Virus record (IMG/VR): IMGVR_UViG_3300027842_000001
Span: 1 to 39,045 of that record
Origin: a virus
DNA: 39,045 nt
Direction: 5' to 3' (one strand)
Shown one piece after another: positions 26,904 through 35,430 of the stretch; within the stretch, counting starts at the first letter, position 1; each line of letters begins with the position of its first letter. The notes beneath the pieces were generated by a model. That model had not been told where the DNA came from and ran no database searches. It was given only the letters and a program-made list of their open reading frames with translations. The position numbers and the translations under genes are program-made.

Positions 26904-27680
26904 GTGCCACTTATGCCGCTCAATCAGCAGCTCACCGACCTCGGCGGCGTCCCCGTGTTGTGGGATAGCGACCTCGGCACACTGGTGCAGGACCCTACGC
27001 AGGGCGGCACCAATCGGTACGGGCCCGGCGATCTCTTCCGCGACCCCTCGAGCGGCGACGTCTACCAGCTCGGCTCGGACGGCTCGCTCTCGCTGTACCG
27101 CATCGGCGCGCCGCCGAGCGTGCCAGTACCGGCGAGCACGACCGTGAGCGTGAGCTCGGCGGGCAAGAGCTGGACGAGCTCGCCGACGACGAGCGGCCCG
27201 GTGACCGTTGCTGGCGACCCGCAGACCTGGTCGAAGCAGCTCATTTCGTGGTTATCGGCGCAATCCTCGATTGGGCACATGCCGAACTGGTCGCTCGTCG
27301 CGCTCGCCGCGGCTGCCTACACGCTCGTCAAGCGCCGGCGACGGAATCCGCGGCCGATCCTCCGCAACCCGAGCGGTGGGGCGCGCGTGGTCTATAACCG
27401 ACTGCTCGGCGGGTGGTACGTCGTCGTCGGGCGGCACCAAACGCCGATTAGTGGGCGCTTCGATTCGAAGGCGGAGGCCGAGGCCTGGCTCAGAGGGCGC
27501 CGTCGCAACCCTGGCAAGGCGAAGCGCGCGGCGCGTCGGCGTGCGCACGAGTACGTCTCCGAGCTGGTGCGCCTCGAGCGCGGCGTCCGTCAAAGCATGG
27601 GCCCGGCTACGGCCGCACTCCGCAGACGTCGGGGCCGCAGGTTTTCCGAGCGCGTGGTGATGCGGTCATACGGGTACTGA
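26904..27680 (+). CDS. Paralog family member B with TM segment and Arg-rich RRNP tail
   Basis: GGVPVLW...QDPTQGGTNRYGPGD; GPVTVAGDPQTWSKQLISWLSAQSSIGHMPN; KRRRRNP, RGRRRNP. Confidence 0.7.
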   Translation: MPLMPLNQQLTDLGGVPVLWDSDLGTLVQDPTQGGTNRYGPGDLFRDPSSGDVYQLGSDGSLSLYRIGAPPSVPVPASTTVSVSSAGKSWTSSPTTSGPVTVAGDPQTWSKQLISWLSAQSSIGHMPNWSLVALAAAAYTLVKRRRRNPRPILRNPSGGARVVYNRLLGGWYVVVGRHQTPISGRFDSKAEAEAWLRGRRRNPGKAKRAARRRAHEYVSELVRLERGVRQSMGPATAALRRRRGRRFSERVVMRSYGY

Positions 27681-27683
27681 GGG

Positions 27684-28208
27684 ATGGCGCGAGGCGGTGT
27701 CGATCCGATCGTGCGCTACCTGGTGCTCGGCGGCCTCGGCTATGCCGGCTGGTCTTGGGCCAGCGCGCAACCCGCCGACTCGTGGGCGCGCCAGATGATC
27801 GACCAGGCGCGCGGCTTCCTGAAACACCCGACGTTGCCGGGCAGCAGCTCGTCGACGTCGTCGAGCTCGTCGACGACGCCCGCCGCGCCAAGCGCCCCCG
27901 CCATGCTGCCCGGGCATTGGTACGGACCAGGCGGCAAGGAAGTACCCGCCCCGGCGCCGATCCCCACCGACCAGCCGATGCAGCCGACCTCGCTCGTCGA
28001 CGTCGGCGGCTTCCCGATTGTCATGGACCCGAACCAGGACGCGCTCCGCCAGGATCCGGCACAGGGCGGCACGAACGTGTACGGGCCCGGCGACGTCCTG
28101 GTCGACTCCAACACGCAAGCGCAGTACGTGATTGTCGCGGGCCGCGGCGGCGTCATTTTGCAGGGCCCGGACGGCGCCTACGTCGCTTCGGATGATTTCT
28201 TCGTATGA
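27684..28208 (+). CDS. Paralog family member C (N-terminal TM, C-terminal GGFP domain)
   Basis: VRYLVLGGLGYAGWSWA; GGFPIVM...QDPAQGGTNVYGPGD. Confidence 0.7.
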   Translation: MARGGVDPIVRYLVLGGLGYAGWSWASAQPADSWARQMIDQARGFLKHPTLPGSSSSTSSSSSTTPAAPSAPAMLPGHWYGPGGKEVPAPAPIPTDQPMQPTSLVDVGGFPIVMDPNQDALRQDPAQGGTNVYGPGDVLVDSNTQAQYVIVAGRGGVILQGPDGAYVASDDFFV

Positions 28209-28468
28209 CCGACCAGCAACTCGGCAGCGCGAACTACACGCCTGGCACGGGCGATTTCTCGGGTGACGATCTCAGCGCCGCCGGCGCACAGCTCCAATCG
28301 GGCGACACGGCCAAACTGGCGCTTACGTTCCCGCTGCCGATTAGCGGCATCCCCGCCGACGGCATCGCCGCGGTGCTAAGCCCGATCTTCGGCCTCTTCG
28401 GCCAGACGTTGCTCGGCGTCGACTTTGACGGTGACTCAACCCTGGTGCTGGTGTGGAGGGTCGGCTAA
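28205..28468 (+). CDS. Hypothetical protein (87 aa)
   Basis: ATGA overlap; track ORF. Confidence 0.6.
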   Translation: MTDQQLGSANYTPGTGDFSGDDLSAAGAQLQSGDTAKLALTFPLPISGIPADGIAAVLSPIFGLFGQTLLGVDFDGDSTLVLVWRVG

Positions 28469-28783
28469 ATGCCTGCGTTGCTGGCGCTCATTCCGGAGAT
28501 CATCGACGCGCTGGCGGCGTTCATCGGCGCGACCTGGTGGCAACTGCCGGTGCTGGTAACGCTCTTCAAAGTCGGCGCGCAAGTGACGGAGCCGATTCCG
28601 CAGCCAGCCGGCCAACAATCGCCGGTGCAACAGGCCGCCAGCGGCGCCGCACAGGCCGCCTCGGGCGTCGGCTCCGCGGTCGGTGGAACGGCTCAGGCGG
28701 TCGGCGGCTTCGGCCAGTTTCTCTCACAAAATCCCTGGCTGGTGGTCGGCGGCATCGTCGCCATATTCGTACTTCGGAGGTAA
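28469..28783 (+). CDS. Membrane protein (104 aa, two TM segments)
   Basis: ATG directly after the upstream TAA; hydrophobic N- and C-terminal segments. Confidence 0.65.
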   Translation: MPALLALIPEIIDALAAFIGATWWQLPVLVTLFKVGAQVTEPIPQPAGQQSPVQQAASGAAQAASGVGSAVGGTAQAVGGFGQFLSQNPWLVVGGIVAIFVLRR

Positions 28784-28786
28784 CGG

Positions 28787-28803
28787 TTTGAATGGCTATT
28801 AGC
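28787..28803 (+). repeat. AT-rich 17-mer TTTGAATGGCTATTAGC
   Basis: Read directly; contains ATG 28792. Confidence 0.85.
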
Positions 28804-29025
28804 GCTGCGCCCGCGCTCGAGCCGCTCCGACCGAAGGGGCTCGAGCTGACACACGTGTCGATCGTTCCCGAGCAGGGCGGCACCGGCCGTTTTTTGGTGA
28901 ATCGTCACTTTGTTGTGCGCGAGGCCGAAAGTAAGTACCCGCTCCAGGAGTCATGGGAGGGCCGCGGCTTCGGCGAGGCGCTCGAGCTGGTCCAGAAAAT
29001 CATGGCGATGGAGGGTCTGCGGTGA
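28792..29025 (+). CDS. Hypothetical protein (77 aa)
   Basis: ATG lies inside AT-rich 17-mer copy 28787-28803. Confidence 0.6.
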   Translation: MAISAAPALEPLRPKGLELTHVSIVPEQGGTGRFLVNRHFVVREAESKYPLQESWEGRGFGEALELVQKIMAMEGLR

Positions 29026-29240
29026 GCTCGTTGCCTCCGCCGGCCATGCCGCCAGGGCTATCCGCGGCGGACTACGCCGCAGCGCAGCAGCGAAATCAGG
29101 TGATGCTCGCGGGCGTGCTCGGCGGTGGTGCATTCATCGGCTACGAGCTGCTCGGCGGCATGCAGGGGGCGCTCATTGGCGCGGCTGGCGCGTACATCGG
29201 TCTAAAGCTGCTCGGCGATGCGATGTGGGGCAACGGCTGA
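29022..29240 (+). CDS. Gly-rich membrane protein (72 aa)
   Basis: GTG 29022 overlaps the upstream TGA; VMLAGVLGGGAFIGYELLGG... Confidence 0.55.
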   Translation: MSSLPPPAMPPGLSAADYAAAQQRNQVMLAGVLGGGAFIGYELLGGMQGALIGAAGAYIGLKLLGDAMWGNG

Positions 29241-29244
29241 ACTT

Positions 29245-30228
29245 GTGGGCCTGTTCGACTTCCTGCGGCCGAAGCGTCGACGACGGCGCCGAGCTGTGCA
29301 GACGTCTGCACAACGGCCGCGCTATCGACCTGGTGAACGCGCCAAGCGCTACCTCGAGCGGGTGGCCGAGCTCGAGGACCTCGAGCAGCGGCGACGTGCC
29401 CAAAAACGCACTACGCGGCCCGCTGGACCACGCGCCACACGCGACGACGATCCGACGGTCGAGATTCCGAAGAGCGTCCAGCGCGAAGCCGAGCGCCGAT
29501 TTCAGGCACGCCAGCGGGCCGAGCGCGAGGCGGCCGAGAAACGGCGCCGCCAGGAGATCCGCGAGCGCGAGCGGGCCGCGCGCGGTGAGGCGCGCATGAT
29601 GGCCAGGGCCGAGAAGGCGCGAGCTCGCGCGATCGACGCCTACATGGCGAACGGCGCCACCCGCGCCGAGGCCGAGCAGCTCTACGACCGCGAGCCGGAT
29701 TGGTCAACCTACGACTTCAACCCGCGGCGCCGCGGTGTACGGCATCGCAGCTGGCCACGTCGCCGTACAAACCCGCTGCCGCCCGTGGTGGGCGAGATCG
29801 CTAAGGACGTGCTGAAAGGTGGCCTAATCGCCGCGGCACAGGAAGAGGCCAAAGCCCGATGGCGCGCAGCTCGACGACGTCGCAATCCGGCGCGCCTCGA
29901 GCCGAACCACCCGGACGAAAAACTGCGGGACATGAGCCGTCGGTTTCACGGCCGACCCGATCAAATCCTGCACCTTGACGCGGACCAGCGCCGCCCGCCG
30001 CCGCAGCACGTCGTACTGATCGGCCACGAGCGGGCGACGGTCTATCGCACGCCGCGGAGCTCCGAGCGCTCAGGCGCCGATTGGGAGCACGAGGCGGGCG
30101 ATCGCGGCATGTTGCGGCGCAACGCCAGCGGGCGCCGGATCCTGGTCGCCGACGAGCGCGGCCGGGTGTATCTGCTACAGGGCAGCTCGTCGATGCGATT
30201 CGACCCCGACCAGGGGCTCGTCGGGTGA
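29245..30228 (+). CDS. Arg-rich RRNP-motif protein
   Basis: GTG 29245; palindrome 29295-29312 sits at codons 17-23. An alternative start near GTG 29361 would make the palindrome intergenic. Confidence 0.6.
   Translation: MGLFDFLRPKRRRRRRAVQTSAQRPRYRPGERAKRYLERVAELEDLEQRRRAQKRTTRPAGPRATRDDDPTVEIPKSVQREAERRFQARQRAEREAAEKRRRQEIRERERAARGEARMMARAEKARARAIDAYMANGATRAEAEQLYDREPDWSTYDFNPRRRGVRHRSWPRRRTNPLPPVVGEIAKDVLKGGLIAAAQEEAKARWRAARRRRNPARLEPNHPDEKLRDMSRRFHGRPDQILHLDADQRRPPPQHVVLIGHERATVYRTPRSSERSGADWEHEAGDRGMLRRNASGRRILVADERGRVYLLQGSSSMRFDPDQGLVG
29295..29312. repeat. 18-bp palindrome, copy 4
   Basis: Exact; 55 bp after the stop at 29240; read as VQTSAQ if the gene starts at 29245. Confidence 0.95.
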
Positions 30229-30244
30229 AAGGAGAGGCCACGCA

Positions 30245-30406
30245 ATGACATGGACACTTGAAGCCGCGGGGCACAAAGACGCCGACTATGACGAGGGCTA
30301 CGCCGAAGTCAAAGAGGCGCTGCGCGAGCTAGTGCGCAAACTCCGCGAAGCCGGCCACACCGTCAGCGTGCACACCGTCAACGACCAGGACGTCGAGGCG
30401 CAGTAG
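30245..30406 (+). CDS. Small acidic protein (53 aa, below the track cutoff)
   Basis: AAAGGAGAGG upstream of ATG 30245; hand translation MTWTLEAAGHKDADYDEGYAEVKEALRELVRKLREAGHTVSVHTVNDQDVEAQ. Confidence 0.5.
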   Translation: MTWTLEAAGHKDADYDEGYAEVKEALRELVRKLREAGHTVSVHTVNDQDVEAQ

Positions 30407-30417
30407 GCGAGGGGGCT

Positions 30418-31560
30418 ATGGCCAGCGCTGCCGAGATGCTCGACGAGATCCGCCGCCACTTCGCGGCGCACCCGTCGGGCATGGTGCAAGTGACGACCAT
30501 GACGCGGGCGACGCGCTACCGCTCGCCTGAGTGGTTCCGCGTCTCGAGCAAGGGCAACCTTCAAGTACGCCGCGGCCGAACGTGGGAGCAGATCTCGATG
30601 GGGGGTACGCCACTGGTCGGTATCCGCCTCTTCAACCCGCGCAAAAAGAAGCGCCGCGGGGCTGGCGAGTGGCAGCCGGACCTCTTCGGAGGCCGCGGCA
30701 TCGAGCGCCCCGACGCATTCGCGCCGGGCCTCAGTCGCGCCGAGCAGCTCGAGCTCGCCCGCGAAGAGATGCGCGCCACCGGCTCGCGCGACCTGTTCGA
30801 CTTCATGGCCGACCAGCCACCGCGGCGCAATCCGCGCTATGTGCTGCGCCTCGACGAGGATAACTACTGGCGCGCGTGGGACACGAAGCACAAGCGCTAC
30901 TCCCCTCACGTGCTGCAAATCGTGAGGCGTAAGGCATTCCGCCAGGTGAAGGAGCTCAACGCCGACGCCGAGCGCCCGCCTGAGCGCCGCTGGCTCGAGC
31001 ACAACCCGCGGCGGGTGACCTATCGGCAGGTGGTCGAGGCGTGGGACCGCGGCAACCGCGGCCGGGCGCGCCAGCTCGCGGAGCGGGTGACCGATCCCGC
31101 CGAGCGGCGGCTCGCCGAGCGGTTTCTCGAGTCACGGCGCGCCAACCCTGCGGAGCTCGAGCGCAACCCGCGGCCGAGCGACTACTCGCGCGAATCGGCC
31201 GAGCAACTGCGGCGGCGCCTCTACTTCTGGCGGCCACAAATCCGCGCGTACCGGGCCTCGGGTGACCCCGACGAGCAACTCGAGTCGATGGCGCGCACAG
31301 TAGAGCGCGAGCTCGCCCGTCGACGACGCAGCCGTCGGCCCAACCCCGCGGACACGCCCGAAATGCGCTACCAGCGGGCCATCGGCCACGGTGAGCGATT
31401 GGCGACGGCTCGGAAGGCTGCCGCGAACCCGGGCCGCGCTACGGGGCGCATGGCGCCGAATTGCCCCATGTGCGGCGCGCTGGTGCGCCTGCCGAATCCG
31501 ATCCCGCCGCGGGTGACATGCCACAACTGCGGCACTCCGTCGCTGGTGCGCCGTCCTTGA
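30418..31560 (+). CDS. Arg-rich RRNP-motif protein with C-terminal zinc ribbon
   Basis: Six or more Arg-flanked NP motifs; CPMCG...CHNCG. Confidence 0.7.
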   Translation: MASAAEMLDEIRRHFAAHPSGMVQVTTMTRATRYRSPEWFRVSSKGNLQVRRGRTWEQISMGGTPLVGIRLFNPRKKKRRGAGEWQPDLFGGRGIERPDAFAPGLSRAEQLELAREEMRATGSRDLFDFMADQPPRRNPRYVLRLDEDNYWRAWDTKHKRYSPHVLQIVRRKAFRQVKELNADAERPPERRWLEHNPRRVTYRQVVEAWDRGNRGRARQLAERVTDPAERRLAERFLESRRANPAELERNPRPSDYSRESAEQLRRRLYFWRPQIRAYRASGDPDEQLESMARTVERELARRRRSRRPNPADTPEMRYQRAIGHGERLATARKAAANPGRATGRMAPNCPMCGALVRLPNPIPPRVTCHNCGTPSLVRRP

Positions 31561-31604
31561 GGGCGGCCGATCGGCGCCCCGTGAGGGCGCGGGAGGGAGA
31601 TCCA

Positions 31605-31748
31605 ATGTCGCGCTATCTGACGTTTTCCCGATTGCTGGTGCTGGCGGCGCTCATAGTCGCCGTGCTGGCGGCGTTTCACGTGCCCGCGCCCGTCGACCTG
31701 GTGGCCTCAGCGCTGGCGCTGTATTTCGCCTCGCTCCTGGTGCCGTAA
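31605..31748 (+). CDS. Tiny membrane protein (47 aa, two TM segments)
   Basis: GGGAGGGAG upstream of ATG 31605; MSRYLTFSRLLVLAALIVAVLAAF... Confidence 0.5.
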   Translation: MSRYLTFSRLLVLAALIVAVLAAFHVPAPVDLVASALALYFASLLVP

Positions 31749-31756
31749 ACGCCCGC

Positions 31757-32119
31757 ATGTACCACGGTTTGACGATCGGCGCGTTTTTGGGGCTCTTGTG
31801 TGGCTTGTCCCCAATGCGACAAGTGAGGCGCAACCCCGACACCGCGACCGTGCTCCTGGTCGGCCTCGGCCTGCTGCTGCTGCTCCGATCGCGCGGCGCC
31901 CGACTGTTCGGCGCCTCGAGCAGCCCGGCGCCGCTCTTACCGCCGAGCTACTCAGGCTGGCCGAGTGTATTCCCGCAGATGGCCACCGAAGGCGCCGCGT
32001 GCACGACCAGCAACGGCCAGCCGGGTACGTGGCATCGCGTCGAGTTTGGCGCGGTGCAGGTTGGCGGCATTCCGCAGCAATGGATTTGCTGGCCGCGGGG
32101 GGTCCCGATCACCGTATGA
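31757..32119 (+). CDS. Membrane protein (120 aa)
   Basis: Two hydrophobic segments separated by RQVRRNP. Confidence 0.55.
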   Translation: MYHGLTIGAFLGLLCGLSPMRQVRRNPDTATVLLVGLGLLLLLRSRGARLFGASSSPAPLLPPSYSGWPSVFPQMATEGAACTTSNGQPGTWHRVEFGAVQVGGIPQQWICWPRGVPITV

Positions 32120-33081
32120 CCGACCCGGTGCGGCTGCTCGAGCTCGGCGCCGACATGCTGCGCTCGCGGCGCGGCGACCAGGACGCCCGCGGGCGACTGA
32201 TGCGCAACGCGCTACCGCTGGCGGCCGATTATCTGATACGCCCCGGCGCAGGGCGGCTACTCGAGCGCGGCCTCGAGACATTGCGCGACGTCGCCGCGGA
32301 GGAAGGCTGGCGGCTGCCGGGTGGGCTCGCGACCATCGGCGAGGGCGACCCGCTGCCGAATTACGAGCCGTTCGTCGAGCGCCTGGTCGCCGCCCCGTTC
32401 GGCTTCTACACGATCATGGGCGAGCCAGGCACGGGTAAAACCGTGCTCGCGTTGCGGCTGGCGCAGCGCATCGCCGAAGAGCACGGCTACCAGGTTGTCT
32501 CAGTCGGCGGCATGCACCCCGACGACCGGCGCAAGTGGAAAACCGACGAGTGGATCCAGCTCGAGGCGCCCGGCGCGTTCGTCAAAGCGATGGACGCCGT
32601 AGCCGAAACGATGGTGACCGCGCGTGTCCACCGCCACCGCCGCGAGCTCACCGGGCGGGTGATTCTGCTCGACGACGCGATTATGACCGCGCACATTTCC
32701 GCCAAACGTTTCAACCAGTCGCTTACACAGGCCTGGTCGATCTATCGGCATCTCGATTGGGTGGTGCTGCTCACTGCGCGCATGTTCCGCGCGCTAACGA
32801 CCATTGCCGAGAACGCCGACGCGCGATTCTTGAAACGGCCCGACTGGCAGCAACTCTCGAGCGAGCGCGACAAAGCGCGCTTTTGGTGGCGCGACGCCGA
32901 GGCAGCCTACAAGGGGCTGCGCCACTCTGCCGACTGGCAGACCCGCCCACGTGAGCGGGAATGGATCTACGTCCAGGCGCCCGGGCTGCGCTACACGGGC
33001 CTGATGCCGTACAGCACGCCGGAGCCACCGACGACGACGCTCGTCCTCGATCCCGTGCCACCCGATCGGGAGACGCTATGA
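32116..33081 (+). CDS. P-loop ATPase, candidate genome-packaging ATPase (FtsK/HerA-like or Zot-like)
   Basis: ATGA overlap. Walker A MGEPGTGKT, Walker B RVILLDDA. Flanked by small membrane proteins. Confidence 0.75.
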   Translation: MTDPVRLLELGADMLRSRRGDQDARGRLMRNALPLAADYLIRPGAGRLLERGLETLRDVAAEEGWRLPGGLATIGEGDPLPNYEPFVERLVAAPFGFYTIMGEPGTGKTVLALRLAQRIAEEHGYQVVSVGGMHPDDRRKWKTDEWIQLEAPGAFVKAMDAVAETMVTARVHRHRRELTGRVILLDDAIMTAHISAKRFNQSLTQAWSIYRHLDWVVLLTARMFRALTTIAENADARFLKRPDWQQLSSERDKARFWWRDAEAAYKGLRHSADWQTRPREREWIYVQAPGLRYTGLMPYSTPEPPTTTLVLDPVPPDRETL

Positions 33082-34289
33082 GCCCCGCGGCGCTGCTGGT
33101 GCTGGTCGCGCTCGGGTACTGGTACTTGTCGACGCGGCGTACCCGCCGCAGGCCTGCACGCAACCCGTACAACCCGCGACGGCGAAAAGGCGATCGCTGC
33201 TTTGCCTGCGGTCGGCCGCTCCGCACGGGTGACGTCCGCTGGCTCATGCCGACCGGGTCGGGGCCGCGGGTGGTGTTGTGCCAGTCGTGCGCCGACGAGC
33301 TCGTCGAGCGGCGCGAGGCACGCGGCGAAAGCGGGCCGGCACTGCGCCGACTCTCGAACCCGCGACGTCGTCGACCTGGTGCTGCTGGCCAGCTCGCGCT
33401 CCCCGAGACGCCGGCGGCCTACCCGGTGGTTCACGTGGCGGGCGGCGGCAAGCTGCCCAACCGCAAAAGGCAGCCGTTTTGGGTGTTCGCGCAATGGGCC
33501 GGCGTGAGCGCGAATGACTCGCGCTGGTTTACGCACGATCCGGTCGGCCGCGCTTTCTCGAGCTACGCCGAGGCGGCCGACGTCGCCCGCGACTTCGCAC
33601 GGCGCCAGGGCGGCGTGTTCGAGCCGTCGCGCGAGGCGCGCCACGAGCTGCTCAGGAACCGCAACCCGCGGCGCTTGTGCCGGTGCGGATCCGGGGCCCC
33701 GTGCAAAAACCCGTATACGCAGGCCTGCGCGCTGCCCGGTGGCCACGTCTACGATTTCACCGCGGGCGGGCGCTGTCAGTGTTGCGGACGCATGGCGCCG
33801 CGGCGCACCGTCGAGCTCGAGTCGCGAGCTGGTGAGCATGCGCGCTACGGCCGAACGTGCGCGGCGCGGTCGATCGGCACTACCAAACTGCGGACCAATC
33901 AGCTCGAGCACATGGAGCGCGAGGCGGAGCACCGATCGGCCCGCGAGGCGCACTACCGCGGCGCTGGTCGGCAGGCCTCGGGCATCGTGCGCCCGACATT
34001 CGCGCGGGGCTGGTCGGAGGCCGAAATCGTGGAGCTCGCGCGGCGGGTCGGGGAATCGCCATTCGAGCCTCACTGGTGGCTGTCGCAAACGGCAAACCTG
34101 GTGCCGGCGCATTACGAGCTGACGCCGCAGGGACGCCGCTACGTGCCAGCCACGGGCGAGTACCGGCGCTTTGTGCTCGAGGGTGGCCAGCGGACCAAAC
34201 GGCGCCGCGGCGCTGGCAGCTCGGCGCGATCGGCGCGGCCAGCTCGAGCTCGAGCCTACGCGCGACCTGGTGATGACCTCCCGTGGTGA
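33078..34289 (+). CDS. N-terminally anchored Arg-rich RRNP-motif protein with CxxC pairs
   Basis: ATGA overlap; LLVLVALGYWYL TM; ARNPYNPRRRKG, SNPRRRRPG, NRNPRRLCRCG. Confidence 0.7.
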   Translation: MSPAALLVLVALGYWYLSTRRTRRRPARNPYNPRRRKGDRCFACGRPLRTGDVRWLMPTGSGPRVVLCQSCADELVERREARGESGPALRRLSNPRRRRPGAAGQLALPETPAAYPVVHVAGGGKLPNRKRQPFWVFAQWAGVSANDSRWFTHDPVGRAFSSYAEAADVARDFARRQGGVFEPSREARHELLRNRNPRRLCRCGSGAPCKNPYTQACALPGGHVYDFTAGGRCQCCGRMAPRRTVELESRAGEHARYGRTCAARSIGTTKLRTNQLEHMEREAEHRSAREAHYRGAGRQASGIVRPTFARGWSEAEIVELARRVGESPFEPHWWLSQTANLVPAHYELTPQGRRYVPATGEYRRFVLEGGQRTKRRRGAGSSARSARPARARAYARPGDDLPW

Positions 34290-34292
34290 CCG

Positions 34293-35330
34293 ATGCCTGA
34301 GCGCTACTGGCTGACGTTCACGACGCGCCACCGCCACGGTCGGCCGACGCAAGAGCCGGTGTACTACCAGCGCGAGGGCGATCGCTGGCGGCTGTACTTC
34401 GGCAAGAGCGGGCGGCGCCGCGCCGTCGGCACCGAATCGGACGCCGCGGTGCGCTGGCAGGTCGACCTCGCCAAATCGGAGGGGCGCTTTGTACGGCACG
34501 AGCCCGACCAGGGCCGCATGTTCAACCCGCTAGTGCGCGGCTACTCCCGCGGGGCGATCGCCGCCAACATTCGGCGCGAGATCCACGCCGGCCGCGACCA
34601 GGACCAGGCCGTCGCGATCGCGCTGGCCACCGCCCGCCGCGCCTACCGCTCACGCCACCCGCGCGGCCGACTCCCCGCTCAGCTTCGGAGGAATCCGCCC
34701 ATGCACAACCCGCTTTATGGCGCCGAGGCCGCAAAGGTGATGCGCCGAATGGACCAGGCGCAGCGCGAGCTCGACCTCGCCTCACGCGAAGCCCGCGGGT
34801 CAGACGATCCCGAGGTACGGCACTACGCGCGCAAACGACGGGACCGGCTCATACGCGAGCTGGCCCGCTTGAGTCGCCGCCTGCATTGGGAGAACCCCGC
34901 GCGACGTCGCAACCCGGCGGAGATCGCCAAGCTACAGGCCGCCATGCTGCGCGAGGAAGCCCGCTACGACCGCACAGCGGACCTCTACCGCTACGACGAC
35001 CGCACGAGCGCCAGGGTGCGCGTGATGAAGGCGGCCGGCCAGCGCGATCGCGCGCAGAAAGCCGTTTACGACGCAATGCGCCGAGGCGCCAACCCCCGCC
35101 CGACCCGCGGCCCGCTCGACCGCCTCGAGGCCTACAGCGTGCGCTCGATGCGGCGCGCCGCTCGCGGAATCAGCGAGGTTCCCGAGAGGCATCGCGGCAT
35201 CTCCATGCGGGCGCTGGCGCGTCGGCGTCGACGACGCAACCCCAACCGTGGCGAGTGGATAGACCTCCTGGTGCCGCTGGCGTTCCTGGTGCTGCTGATT
35301 CGCGGCCGAACGATTCAAGTCGGCGCCTGA
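34293..35330 (+). CDS. Arg-rich RRNP-motif protein with C-terminal TM
   Basis: LRRNP, ARRRNP, RRRRRRNP; C-terminal WIDLLVPLAFLVLLI. Confidence 0.7.
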   Translation: MPERYWLTFTTRHRHGRPTQEPVYYQREGDRWRLYFGKSGRRRAVGTESDAAVRWQVDLAKSEGRFVRHEPDQGRMFNPLVRGYSRGAIAANIRREIHAGRDQDQAVAIALATARRAYRSRHPRGRLPAQLRRNPPMHNPLYGAEAAKVMRRMDQAQRELDLASREARGSDDPEVRHYARKRRDRLIRELARLSRRLHWENPARRRNPAEIAKLQAAMLREEARYDRTADLYRYDDRTSARVRVMKAAGQRDRAQKAVYDAMRRGANPRPTRGPLDRLEAYSVRSMRRAARGISEVPERHRGISMRALARRRRRRNPNRGEWIDLLVPLAFLVLLIRGRTIQVGA

Positions 35331-35333
35331 CTC

Positions 35334-35350
35334 GCTAATAGCTATTCAAA
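35334..35350 (-). repeat. AT-rich 17-mer (reverse complement TTTGAATAGCTATTAGC)
   Basis: Read directly; intergenic, just upstream of the dyad and the serine recombinase. Confidence 0.85.
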
Positions 35351-35370
35351 CTGTCACGCGATTGCAACGC

Positions 35371-35430
35371 CTGGTTACCGTCATATCGCACCGCTGCCGA
35401 ATAGCATACGCACCATATGACAGTAACCAG
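35371..35430. promoter_or_regulatory. 60-bp dyad overlapping the serine recombinase start; candidate attP or autoregulatory operator
   Basis: CTGGTTACCGTCATAT (35371-86) versus ATATGACAGTAACCAG (35415-30): 15/16 complementary, 28-bp spacer. Confidence 0.45.
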
